Source: Phoronis australis
Taxonomy: Eukaryota > Animalia > Phoronida
Direction: 5' to 3'
DNA length: 64,000 bases
Assembly: GCA_002633005.1 (NCBI GenBank)
Contig: NMRA01000484.1
Span: 266,738-330,737 of the forward strand
The translations under genes and the position numbers were made by a program. Of the stretch, positions 1-11,812 are shown piece after piece. The notes beneath the pieces were generated by a model. It was not told the origin of the DNA. It did not search any database and was given only the letters and a program-made list of their open reading frames with translations. Each line of letters starts with the position of its first letter. Positions within the stretch are counted from its first letter, which is position 1.

Positions 1-3000
1 GGACGTTAACAAGATTATTTTTTTCGCCCAAGATGATTTTGACTACATGTCAGTCGGAATAATAGTCTGCAAGGATCTTTAGATGCTCGAAGTATTGGTA
101 GTCGTAAAAAGAAGACTGCTGCAATTTCTTAAACACGTGATTTTTGTTATTCTGAAACCGAAGGCAACCACTGGAATCGGTCACTTGTGATCAGTGAGTT
201 CACGTTACCACGCATAGAATTCTGAAAATGTCTTATGCGAGGGCCCCCCGCTGAATCCCCGTGGGATACCTGACTCCTATGCTCTCTTGCCTCTGCATGC
301 ATGCCTGCGGGAAGTGTCTTTTACTTACTGTTCAAAAAGCCGATTTTACACAACTGTAAAAGGCATGCAAAAAATCAAAAGGTGCACTGTGCGTGCAGTT
401 TTCTAATTCTTTGATTAGTTTTGCCTAATTCTGTAAGAAACTGGTGTTCAAATGAGTTTTGATACAGATTGTATTTCGACCACCAAACATGAAGTTTCAT
501 ACTCGAAAATTCCGCACAGCAATCCTTCTCAGTGGACTTATAATCCTAAATTTTCGAATAGAGATCCGTAGGCCTACTTTTAGAACCACAATTAGTCATT
601 CCTACTGTTTGTAGGGTTTCCCAAATGAATAGCGTCAGCAAGTGCCAAACAAAAAAGTCTTCATGAAGGAGACTTAGGACAGTTTATTTCAGTTTGTTTT
701 GGCCTACGCGTATCTACAAACTTATCAAATTAAACTTGAGAAAAAACCAATGGTAGTCTAACATGAAGAGTTTGCCGCAAAGACGCCAAGTACTCAATAT
801 TTTACGATATTATGCAATTTATAAAGCATTTGAACACTATTTTTGATTTCAAATACCAGGTAACGTATTTCATCAAAGAGATTGGTTTTTTGTTGAGCCT
901 TTGTTACAAGAGCATTAAATAATATTATTATTAAAAATAACGACAGCAAATGTCGTAAAACGTCGAACTTGAATTTATCAAAGAATTATTTTTGTTTCAG
1001 TTAATTCACGTCAACAAAACTTACTTCACAACCCCAGCAACATAGTATTATCGCCACTATCTTGAAAATGGCGCGCTTTCTTGTGTTTGAGGTAAAATAC
1101 CCCGATAGCAAATCATAAGAAATGGGGCATGAAAAGCCCAGAGTGTTTTGTTTTTTGCCTGTCAATAGTCACTTAAGTGATCAGTGGAAAGTAGATAATT
1201 GTGTTTTGTCATACTGACCTCCGAGTCATTTTGGGTCTTCTTCCTGGATCTTTACAAAGCAGTTTGACGGTCTGTCACTTGTTCAGTGCATAGCGTGGTG
1301 GGGTTGTTCGGTTCCTTTAGAATATCTAATCTAGGTGAATTTTAGCCCCTTCGTACGTCTCCAAGGGGTCGCCCCCAGCATTCGGGGCGGTGCATGCTTC
1401 TGTTGTCAGATGCTGGAACCTCGTTCATTTTGTATGCTAAGTGCTCTTGACTGTCTTGTTGTTGCTTATTATGGGCGGATCCAGGATTTTGAGTTGGGGG
1501 GGCAGGGCACAGGAATAACCAGAATTTCGGCAGATACGCGCGCCCAGCTTAACATGTGGGGATGCAGGGTCTCGAATTTCTGTGTTTGCGGACCTTTTGA
1601 CTAAAAAAAGCGGTACACGGGGTTTGTTCAGGGCCTATGCATTGTGAATACACCTCCTGAATGCGCGCGTGTGCTAGTCAGCAATTTGCACCCGAACTCC
1701 CAAATGGTATCTGGTAGAATTTTAGGGGGGCCATGGGCCCCTTGCCCCCCCCCCCTCCCCCAAATCCGCTTCTGCTTATGATAAAAACCGATGCATTCCG
1801 AATGGTCACCCCCTGCCATATATTACCTTATAATAAAAGCTGTTCAATATGGTAGCCGTGTTACAACAAATACAAAAGCGCGGTCTGTGTAAACATTCAC
1901 TATTCTACCTCTAGGTGGCACTGTGTAAACCGACTGAAACCTGTCGGTGCATTTTGTCGTCCACGTGTAAATCGTGTTTTGTGAGTGTGGCTGGCCGTGT
2001 TAAGTTTACAGAGCCGTGAACCACAACTACAGCGATGATCATGAGTTCTTCACCTTAGTAAGCCGTATTGTGAGGGTTTTGTCATGCGAGGATCACAGGT
2101 ATGAAACGCTGGCCCTCTTGCTGGGCCAAGGACGCCGGGGTTGGGAGAAATGGAATGGCACCCTTTTTCAAGAGGTTTAAGAATCGATAAAGAATACAGC
2201 CTTGGAACGGTGCCTCTCAGTGAAAGGATTTGTAACCTGAGTAATGTTAAGGCCATTGGTGATCAGATACAATGTGTTTTTTCCCCTTTTTTCTGTCCAC
2301 CCATGGAGAGAGTTGAATGAAGTGAATTTGATTCAACATGATTTTTATTTGTGATGTCCGACACCAGTTTATTGGATTATAGCAAACGGCATAGTTTTAG
2401 TTTTGTAATTTACGTTCTATTGCATCCTAAATGGGCATTAGCTATTGTATTTTAGATACTGTAGATATTTCTTGAAGTTGCAACGCGCAGATATACGTGA
2501 AACATTCGTAAGATATTTTCCTGTGGAGAATTTCTCGCTTATAGACTCACTGGTCACCGCTCAGATTCCCTAAGCCCCAGCCCGGCAACTTTTAGGATGC
2601 CTATTCAACACGGCGTTTGTATTGAGATTGATCTGAGCTAGCATTATTGTTAGTACCCCCAATTTGGTTTTCTCTGACATTTGCATAGAGTTAAAGCCTG
2701 CAATGTGGAGAGTAGTTTTAATTTTGTACATTTTAAACATTACAAAAAGACTAAATAATTAATTTGTGCTAATCTTGACTAGGGGCCACTTCCCAATGGA
2801 ACGTTGGTACGGTTGTAGCTGGCCTAGCTGTGGCTTGATCTTGATCATTGTATCCCATATTGTTCACATAACTGTACATACAGTTACCATCATCGATGTA
2901 CGCTAGCGCAATTGCTGAACTTGCTTCTATATTGGGTTCCCTGTACACAATCTCTTTTTTATCTTTGAACTCATATATCCCAGACGGGGATCAAAGTTCA

Positions 3001-4006
3001 AATAAACGATATAGTATTACTATACACCTGTACCACGAAAACATACCTGTCTTCCGACTATGCAGAATTCGACTTACGCTATAGCAGTAACCTACACATG
3101 CGACCAGGTACCAAACGAAGGCAGCACGTTGACCAGCCGACAAGAGTAGCTTGGCTTTGCAAGAAGATGCCTGTGTTGATGTCTCATTGTTTGGTGGCAT
3201 CTTTTTATGGTATCAATTTCACCAGAATTGTCGTTTATTGTATTTGAATTCCACCCAGCCTGATTCCACTAAGCCGGCTATTCCGGCAGATTTGAATATG
3301 CGGCCGTGAGAGCAACATTCCTAAATTTCCCGCAATCTGTGACTTCAAAAATACTTTTTTACACTGTGGTACAGGCAGATGAAAATTTACTCCTGGCATT
3401 TTTTGTCCAGTCGTTCCAGCCCCATTGATTCGTTGTAAGATATCGCATGCAAATGAGACTGCTGGACTGTCAGTTTTGCGTATTTTCGTTCGGTTTTAAT
3501 CAGCTACATGAGGTAAGCCCAGCCATCAAAGAAGGTAAAATTCAAATGAAATCAGTTTTTGGACTTTGCGCGAGGTTTTTAAGTCTTTTTAGTCCGCATA
3601 TTCTTTGTATTTTCAGGTTTTGTGCTTGTCCTGTGGAAAAGCAAACTGGGACTGAGTGAACCTGGTTTTACACGTATCAACCCTGATTAGACATTGAAGC
3701 CGAACTCCAGTTCGTCACTGTGAACATTCTGCTTTATTTTCTTGGGCATACACACGTTATGACCGAAGTTACGCGGGAAAGAGAATTTGCCGTTTGACTC
3801 AAGCAAATAGTGGACTAGAGATCCAGCCTCGTGCATAGAATTATGTTACAACACGACATTCTTAGAAGCTGATGCCACAGAAGGATACCTCACTTCAGAC
3901 ATTGCCAGTGGTATAACACACGCAGTGCCGACGAAGCCTGGCTTGTGCACAGGACAAATAAAAAAGATTGCCTGCAGTGACTGCTTATAAGTTATTATTT
4001 TTTAAA

Positions 4007-5446
4007 ATGGAAAGCGAATCACAAATCGAAGATTGCAATGCGAATTTTGATTGCGCAAAAGAAGAGGAAGAGGTGAACAATAATCAAAACAACGTTGGCG
4101 AAAAACATTCTGAATCGATTTTCAAGAGAACAGTGTATTGTACTATAGGGGTATATTCCTCTGTGTTTTGTCTTGGTCTTGTTGGTTCTTTAATTGGGCC
4201 TTCTCTGCTAGATTTACAGGAGCTATATCAAATTCCAACATCCTCTGCTTTGATTCTCGTCTCTTGTTGTAACGCCGGTTACCTCACTGGCACATTGCTA
4301 GGTGGTTACACATTTAGCAAACTGAATGACACTTTTTATTTCCTGTTGGGCAGCAGTGGTATGGCCGTTACTTTGAGTGTGGTGTTGTGGATTCCATACT
4401 ATCCTATCGTCTGCGCCATTACTCTGTTGAGAGGAATCTTCCAAGGATTCGTGCAAGTGGCAAGTCACGTGTACATAATGGCCACGTGGAGAACCAACCG
4501 TCACTTGAAATCATTGACAATGGTCACGTCGGTTGCTTGGTCGTCCGGATCATTCTTGGCGCCAATTATATTGGAACCGTTTTTGTCTGAAGACGACCAA
4601 GACCTAACAAAGGCTTGCGCAAATGTCACCAACGGCTGTGTTTCCCTTGACGGTAGAGGCACAAAGATTCGGTACGGTTGGCTTACGATCTCGCTTATTT
4701 GCTGCATGGCCGTTGCATTGAATGGCACTTCGTTTTGTTGGGGCAGAATGCAATTTAAGAAAAGAAAGATGGCAACCGAAAATGCAAAAAAGATAACAAA
4801 ACAGACAAATGTCTTTCGTTTCCTTGTGTCTTCTTTTGCATTTACTCTGTATTTTTTCTACATGTGCGTCGAACAAAGTCTCGCAAGCTTAATGACAGCA
4901 TACGTTGTTAAAGGACTTCTATGGGAAAAGTACAAGGGTCCCCTTATAACTTCTGTTTTCTGGGGCCTATTTGGACTGTCCCAGTTGGTTGCCGTATTCG
5001 TCACAAGAATCGTTAAGCCTGCGAAGATCATACTAACTCATTTTGCATTTGTGAGCATTGCATTGCTTGTATTGAGTTTGACAGCTCACCTCAGCGAAAC
5101 TGTTGTTTGGGTGTGTGTAACTGTTCTGGGATACAGCGCAGGACCATTTTTTCATTGTGGCTTTTTACTCATAAACAAACATCAGCCAATAGATGGTTGC
5201 CTTTCTGCAACCATATTGTGTGCCTCGTTTATATCTTCTATGATTAACGTCCCGTTGTTAGGATACATTCTCACCAGTTATGGTCCCAGTGCCATGACAT
5301 TCACCCTTTTGGGCTTTGCAGTGGCTACAATTGTCACTCTGTGTTTGATGACGTGGCTTACACGACGCTACAAAACGAAAGAACGACTTAAGATGTCAGC
5401 CGTTGAAGTGCCCGAGGAGCGTGTGGAGTTAAATAGAAGTGCGTAG
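4007..5446 (+). CDS. Major facilitator superfamily transporter, MFSD4/sodium-dependent glucose transporter 1 (NaGLT1)-like; intronless CDS
   Basis: Long ORF with ~12 hydrophobic segments and MFSD4-type motifs (FCLGLVGSLIGPSLLDL, GYLTGTLLGG, GSFLAPIILEPFL, ITSVFWGLF). First true ATG is at 4007 (the track start at 3968 is TTG). Possible 5'UTR intron 3513-3616 (GAG|GTAAG ... TTTTCAG|). Confidence 0.85.
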   Translation: MESESQIEDCNANFDCAKEEEEVNNNQNNVGEKHSESIFKRTVYCTIGVYSSVFCLGLVGSLIGPSLLDLQELYQIPTSSALILVSCCNAGYLTGTLLGGYTFSKLNDTFYFLLGSSGMAVTLSVVLWIPYYPIVCAITLLRGIFQGFVQVASHVYIMATWRTNRHLKSLTMVTSVAWSSGSFLAPIILEPFLSEDDQDLTKACANVTNGCVSLDGRGTKIRYGWLTISLICCMAVALNGTSFCWGRMQFKKRKMATENAKKITKQTNVFRFLVSSFAFTLYFFYMCVEQSLASLMTAYVVKGLLWEKYKGPLITSVFWGLFGLSQLVAVFVTRIVKPAKIILTHFAFVSIALLVLSLTAHLSETVVWVCVTVLGYSAGPFFHCGFLLINKHQPIDGCLSATILCASFISSMINVPLLGYILTSYGPSAMTFTLLGFAVATIVTLCLMTWLTRRYKTKERLKMSAVEVPEERVELNRSA

Positions 5447-7031
5447 TGGATGGGAGGATGTTGGACACTTTTAGGGGTGGCAACGAGAGCCTTTGATTTG
5501 CGTGCAGCTGTGCGGATCCTTGTGTAAAAGGCCCGCCCTCATATTCACCCGTTTTGCAATGGTAAAATAACGCATTGTATCCTGGCCTAATTTGCGAGAG
5601 GTTGGTGCATTTCTGAGCTTAGGCAAACATATCGAACGCCACGCATGCAGCAACGATTTTTTTTGTGGGAGCATTACAACTCATATTGTTCAACTATAAA
5701 TCTTTTGCACTATTAGAATGAGGAATCGCATATTACTTGTGTTGCTGTGAAAAACAATGATTAGCAATGGACTATATTTGCATGGCAAAAAACTAAGGCT
5801 ACTCATGGCTCGCAGCATGCGAGAGGATACCCTCTGCCACAGCGCCGCCTGTATGGAAATGTGACCCTCTGTCTTGATAATGAGCGACACACGGTGCGTG
5901 GGAATCGCTACGAATTTGTTGTAGATTTTTTCTTGTACAGTTGCGCGGGAATGCGTCTGAAAAAATAGTGAATCGTTTTGTTGTTTTGTTCGACACCTTG
6001 TCAATTTGCTTGAGCCAAAAACCCACTTCAGATTTGGCTGCAATGCATTGATTTAGCGCGTACTTCGAGTGGTTTGCAAATTTGTATAAATAATGCTTTT
6101 TGTGTTTAACCTCAGGTTCTCTAGTTGGACAATAAATTTTAACTGTCATTCAACGTTGGTGACATCTCTTTTGCTATTTTAGCAGGCCTGTAAAGATGTA
6201 AACATTATTCTGGAGAGGGTGGGTACAGACTAATACGATTTGACCAAGCCCGGATTTCCCCGCTTTCCCAATGTAAACGCCCTGACAGTGCGGGACGCCA
6301 GCTGCTGCACGCTTTCGCCTATGATAGGCGCAGCGTATGAACTTTAGTTTCAGGGGTGAGGGCCCGTGGAGGCACCCATTTTTCAGACAAAAGTTTCATT
6401 ATAAGTGACAACTTTTAGTTCTGAGCACGCGGTGAAGCGGTTAGGCAATGCTTTTGTACCTTTCATTACGGCGTTTTCCGTTGTCTCAGCTTGTTCGATT
6501 CTATAGCCCAACAAGTTGGGAAGAACACCCCTGTAGCCAATATCTTACACTTATGCCTGGAGGGTCAGCTCTCTTGTTCGATAATTGCCCTTAACTCCAC
6601 TTAGATCATAGTCTAGGCCTATCTGGCTGGGCTGTGCTGCTAAAATAAAAGTTAAGTTATAACACATGTGAACATAAACCAATAGCATATCTGAAATTCT
6701 CGTCAAAAGGTGATCATGTTTAGTGTTTGAATTGCCAAAATTGCCCAACTACAACCGAAGTTACGACAATCTATTCTTTCGGAATGCGTACCAATTCGCT
6801 CTGGGTTTGGCTGTGTTCCCCTGTGGTCCGTAATAAGCCTGGTAGATAATTGGCCTGCCAGTTGTCATACCAGACAAAAGACTGAGCTTGGCAGTTAACA
6901 AAGGAGCTAGATGTTATCACACGCTCACAACCCTCGACGTCTGGTAAAGTCACCACTGAGCGGAAAAACGCCGTTATGTTATAAATTTCACCTATTATGT
7001 TGCCAAACATGTAGTGCAAAAGTCATGCTTT

Positions 7032-7691
7032 AGGATCAAAAAACGGACAATCGCCGCACAAATGAAAAAGTTCATATTAATTCAACATTTCGTCTATTCG
7101 TTAGACATCATCAGGTTAAAAACAATAAGACATCAAGTGCCGAAATACGAGTCATGTTACATTCATGAAGTGAAACGAGTGTAGTAACAATGACAGGAAA
7201 TAGTAAATAAGTCCATCACTGAGCTCTGCATGTTATTCGGAGAACCAGCAGCCTGCTGGTCCTGACTGGCCAATGTAAAGTCATTACTGTACAAGTTCTT
7301 TACAGATTACACTGAGTGAATTAGCTTGGTGATTGTTACTGACACATTGCCTATAGCCGTTGCGTTTTTCTGAGGTGAGATGTTCTGTCAATCTGTCACT
7401 GAGGTGTCTCTGTGTAAGTCCGATACAGAATTCATTGCAATTACCACATTCAACCTTAAAAAAACAATGCTATTGTTTAACAAAGGGATATGTGACTTCA
7501 GTTTACATAGCTATATTGGATAGTTTACAAAGAGATTTCAACGACTGGGTCCATACAATGTACAAGACGAAATAATTGACGATTCAACTTCAGACTACCA
7601 GGCCCAGTGTAACCAAGAGAAAAGAATAGACGAAACGTCGAATTAATGCGAACGCTTTCATTTGTGCGGCGATTGTCAGTTTTTTTGTCCT
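7032..7691. mobile_element. Element bounded by ~68-bp inverted repeats, Penelope-like (pLTR-type) remnant
   Basis: 7032-7099 (aggatcaaaaaacggacaatcgccgcacaaatgaaa...tttcgtctattc) is the near reverse complement of 7624-7691. A CTGATGA...GAAA core lies on the - strand at 7083-7114. Confidence 0.5.
7083..7116 (-). ncRNA. Degenerate minimal hammerhead-ribozyme-like motif
   Basis: Minus strand reads CTGATGA-T-GTCTA-acgaa-TAGAC-GAAA-TGTTG (core boxes plus stem II). The inverted copy at 7624-7641 reads TAGAC-GAAACGTC but lacks CTGATGA. Stem I is poorly paired. Confidence 0.4.
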
Positions 7692-8384
7692 ATTATGGCC
7701 AACTGATGTAATGATTTAGGGTGTATCAAAGTAACCCTACCGCGGACGGCGAGATACGGAGTAATAGAGGGAAAACAATAGCAAGTTGGTATACACTTTC
7801 GTATATTTCCTAGAGTGAAAACAAGGCCTCAGGTCAAGAATCACTTTATTAGAGGCCAGTTCACTCTATTTGGGTCTTGCATTGAAATGATACACTTTGA
7901 CTAGGGTTCTCACTCTTCATGAATTTGCCACAATAATACGGAATTGTCTGCCGCTACAGTTATGCACCGAGACTTTTAGCCTGAGTTTCTGAGCGCATGG
8001 ATTCTACTTCATCTCTCATACACATCATTACCATGCGTTTTATTTGCTTGTATGGGGATAAGTTACGCGATTACGTGGATTGGTTGAAGCGTTCGAAATA
8101 CCCTACACGTTGGTCTGGTGGATTTGCGGCCGGGCCACGACAAAACTTTCACATAAAAGCCCTATGTGGATGTGGTGTCATATTCAAGTAACTGGTCCGG
8201 CGGGCCAGCACATGTATTTGCTGAAACTCGAACACTGATTGGTTGTCCAGTTTGTACGCTTGATCGGACCATATGAGCGTAAATAGGGATGGCCGCCAAT
8301 AGACTGTTTAAGAAATGGTTCGCGCGGATAGCATCTATTGCCTTCACGTTACAGGACAAAGTCACAGACAAAAATGTACAGGCG

Positions 8385-8640
8385 AAACTGTAAATCCTAG
8401 TATGTACAATATCCTGAGCCCAAGACGGTTACTCTGGCTCAGCCTCTTAATTCGTATGGAGGATGGAAGGATACCCGATGATCTTCTTCATAAAGAATTG
8501 GAAGATGGAAAACACCCAACAGGTAGGCACCACCACTCCTACAAGCCGTGGTCAAGAGAGACCGGTATATCCTTGCAATCGACCTTTGATGAAGCGACGC
8601 AACCTGAGGCAAACCATGATGTCGTCAGTTGGTGGAGAAA
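8385..8640 (+). pseudogene. RTE-clade non-LTR retrotransposon C-terminal remnant
   Basis: RRLLWLSLLIRMEDGRIPDDLLHKELEDGKHPTGR resembles the RTE post-RT motif RRLRWLGHVxRMxDxRIPKxxLYGELxxGKRPxGRP. Confidence 0.75.
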
Positions 8641-8979
8641 GGCCTTTCATTATTTAAAGAGTCACGCACGCAACAGTCCGGTGAAAAGTCGTAGGAGAAG
8701 GAAAGCGCGCGAACAAGGAACTTGAGCCAAGCAGCTTCTGGGTTAATATATGTCATCTAAGCCAATGGACTCTCGATCACTCCCGAACAGAACTGAATAG
8801 TTACACACGACACTGCATCGTATATCTACATGTACCTAGAGTGCAACACCGTAGGTTCATGAGACCAACCAAGTCGACCACGCCAACCTTGACTACGTTG
8901 GCCTCATAAAGTCGGACTTTATCAAAAACCCGAACACTTTGCAACTGAAAGTAACAGAAATGAAATTCTAACGTGTAAC

Positions 8980-9008
8980 CAGAGATCTTCTTGTACTGAA
9001 GATCTCTG
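8980..9008. mobile_element. 29-bp micro-MITE with 11-bp TIRs and 7-bp target-site duplication
   Basis: gtgtaac|CAGAGATCTTC ttgtact GAAGATCTCTG|gtgtaac. Confidence 0.65.
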
Positions 9009-9214
9009 GTGTAACTTCAACGAAATGTTTTGCATCAGACAACAACTGCAGTCACTGCAGAGTACTGCATAATACAGAGTTGAGGGTGGTTTGTGGAATC
9101 TTTTTTCACTTAAAGAAATTTACTCGAAATCTTAAGTCGATCACGTAGTTTTTATATCAAGATCAATCGATCTCCATCATGTTTTGTTTTTGGTATAATA
9201 ACCTCATTTAAACA

Positions 9215-11599
9215 TCACAATCGTATCTTCCTTACGGTTGGACTGTTAATTGGCGCAAGGGGTGCCTGTATGTCCACATCTTTTCGGCTTCTTCCTTGAC
9301 TTCTCTCCCTACGTCTACCTCTGACATCAGACTCTGTTTTAGGCCTTTTAATAGCAGTCTCTTCCCTTTTCACGCGGGAGCCCTTGATGGATTTCGGGAA
9401 TTTGTTGCCTGAACCATCTAACGTAATATCCGTTCCGGTCAATGTTGTCACATATCGCGAACACAATCCTCCACATTTGCTGTATTGCATGTCTTCGCGT
9501 TTCAGACAACTTGACGTCGGATTTCGACGAGGAACGTATGCATTCCAAAGCAACGGCGTTTGCGAGAAAGAGCCTGACGCGTTAAGTGACAAATCAACAT
9601 GCGTTAAACTTTTCGTGTATCGGTTGCAGACTCCATCATTTTTGTAAGACATGCCCGACGAGTAAATCGAGTCTTCCCCAGGAGCATTTTCACCGAGCTC
9701 TTTGAGAGATTGACCTATGTCAGCCACCATTTTACGATACTGGGAATTAGCTCTCGGTCTCCTGTTGTACGCGGTATCTGTGTTGTCCATTTTGCGCTGG
9801 TACCGGGTTCTTGAGAATGACCCTGATGCGTTCAAGGAACGATCGACATGCGTCAACGTTTTGGAGTAGCGATCACACAAACCTGGCTTCTTTACATGTC
9901 TGTTTCTACTTTCGTTGCATTTACGTGTCTCCTGGTGTTCGTTCGCGTTCCTCGACGACTGCGCGTGCTGAAGTTTGTCTGACACCAATCCCTGGTAAGG
10001 AAGCATGCCTTTTGGAAGGTTAAGCTTTTTCGTTTCTGAAAAAGACCCTGAAGCTTCCAGAGCCAAATCCACATGAGTGAGACTCTTGGGGTACCGATGA
10101 CAAACGCCATACTTTGTGTCATACAAAATAGTGCTATTGAAATCGATTGTCTGAATCGGAATAGCCCTAGTAGGCTGCTTGGTCGGCATCGTGACATGAA
10201 CGACGTCATCGTTATTTCCGTTACAAATTCCATGCTCATTCTCCCGCAGTGTTCTTTTAACTTGTCCGCCTACCCTTCCTGACGACGTGCCGGAACATGG
10301 GGACCTGCATTTGGAAAGTGGCATCTTATTTGTACTTGATAACAAACCCGGGCTTTCTACAGAAACGTCCACTTGTATTAAACTTTTGGGATACTGGTTA
10401 TAAACATCAGTTGTCTTGTCACGACTACTTGTTCGTTTGCTTGACTCTGCACCTTGTGACAGAGAGTCTAGGTCCCTGCTCGTGTGAGATGTCATACCCT
10501 TCGGCTGATAAAGTTTTCTCCAATCTGAAAATGACCCGGAGGCGTCAAGAGCCGGGTCGACATGTGTTAAACTCTTGGGGTATTTATGACAAACGCCTCG
10601 TCGACTATCATACAACAATCTTTTAGAATGACCCACGACGTCGGATGCGCAGTTTTCTTGTTTTCTGTCATTAAGAAGTCTGTCAGCAATCTCTGTACTA
10701 CGATGTTCATGTCCCAAATGCCCAGACATCACCCCTTTAGTTTGCGAAAAGGAACCTGAGGCTTCAAGAGCCCGGTCGATATGTGTCAAAGTCTGAGGGT
10801 ACCGGTAGCACACCCCTGACGTTTTATCATATTTGAACTTCGAATTGGTGCCTTCTGTTGTATAAGATGACTGGGACCCGTCGTTTTCCCGGCATTCCGT
10901 TGATCGAGACTGTGTAGTTTTTGCGTATGAGAACATAACTTGCGATTTATTCAGTTTGTTTGTATTTGAGAAGGAACCGGAAGCACCAAGAGACATGTCT
11001 ACATGTGTCAAGGTTTTTGGGTACCTGTGGCACACTCCCTCATTCTTCCGATACAGAACTTCATTTCCACTAAATGGCGACGCTTTCACTTCGGGCTCCC
11101 CTGCGTTTGGTTTGTGTTGACTTTCTTCTATACCAAGAATAGCAGAAGTTTCATCTCCTACCTCTCTCTCATCAACATTAAAGACGTTTGTTGGAGAATA
11201 CGAGATTTCTTTCTCTTTACTGCCGCAAAATCTTTCTGTGTGAGCAACTGCTGGTGTGTTTTCAGACACTATGTCTATCACCTCACCATTATCAGTGGGG
11301 AAGGAGTCTGGTAATACCGCTCTGATCATGGTGTCGACATATTCCCGAACCTTTTCATTTAGATTCCTCAATCGAGACGGTGTCGCGCCTGCATAAAAGA
11401 GCTTGTCGTTGGACAAATTCCGTTCGACGTGTGTTTGTGAGTCAGTCCGGAAACCTCCCTCGCTGTTTCTGCTAAACATCTCTTCGAGTTCTCGAGGTTC
11501 TTCAGAGTGCGCTTCATGCTGACTGTGATCAAAATGGTTAGTAGAAACTTCAGAAGTTTTATCGACAACCTCCTTTTCATCTTCTGTAGAAATCGACAT
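9215..11599 (-). CDS. Uncharacterised 794-aa protein with ~8 copies of a ~30-aa GVCxRYPKSLTHVDxxLxASGSFS repeat
   Basis: 2.4-kb uninterrupted ORF starting at an ATG in A-rich context. Repeats are conserved in protein sequence but diverged in DNA. Acidic N-terminus, basic RS-rich C-terminus. Confidence 0.8.
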   Translation of the reverse strand: MSISTEDEKEVVDKTSEVSTNHFDHSQHEAHSEEPRELEEMFSRNSEGGFRTDSQTHVERNLSNDKLFYAGATPSRLRNLNEKVREYVDTMIRAVLPDSFPTDNGEVIDIVSENTPAVAHTERFCGSKEKEISYSPTNVFNVDEREVGDETSAILGIEESQHKPNAGEPEVKASPFSGNEVLYRKNEGVCHRYPKTLTHVDMSLGASGSFSNTNKLNKSQVMFSYAKTTQSRSTECRENDGSQSSYTTEGTNSKFKYDKTSGVCYRYPQTLTHIDRALEASGSFSQTKGVMSGHLGHEHRSTEIADRLLNDRKQENCASDVVGHSKRLLYDSRRGVCHKYPKSLTHVDPALDASGSFSDWRKLYQPKGMTSHTSRDLDSLSQGAESSKRTSSRDKTTDVYNQYPKSLIQVDVSVESPGLLSSTNKMPLSKCRSPCSGTSSGRVGGQVKRTLRENEHGICNGNNDDVVHVTMPTKQPTRAIPIQTIDFNSTILYDTKYGVCHRYPKSLTHVDLALEASGSFSETKKLNLPKGMLPYQGLVSDKLQHAQSSRNANEHQETRKCNESRNRHVKKPGLCDRYSKTLTHVDRSLNASGSFSRTRYQRKMDNTDTAYNRRPRANSQYRKMVADIGQSLKELGENAPGEDSIYSSGMSYKNDGVCNRYTKSLTHVDLSLNASGSFSQTPLLWNAYVPRRNPTSSCLKREDMQYSKCGGLCSRYVTTLTGTDITLDGSGNKFPKSIKGSRVKREETAIKRPKTESDVRGRRRERSQGRSRKDVDIQAPLAPINSPTVRKIRL

Positions 11600-11812
11600 T
11601 TGTTTTTTCTCAGTTTTGCAATATTTAGCAGTGGACAGTCATTTGCAAAAACCAAACGCAAAATACTATCAAGCACGTGAATGTGTAATGGAAATCGCAT
11701 TTTTAAAGATTGTTTTATTAGTGATATGATTGATGGTCGCACATGAATTTATCTATTCCTCGTATCCACCAATGGCCCCAACACCCACTGTAACAAAACA
11801 TACGTTTCTTAA

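Noticed and set aside
1470-1820. GC-rich short ORFs upstream of the MFS gene
   Set aside because: Look like decayed hAT-type MITE ends (gggcggatccaggatttt, ggggggccatgggccc); termini and TSDs could not be fixed and there is no coding signal.
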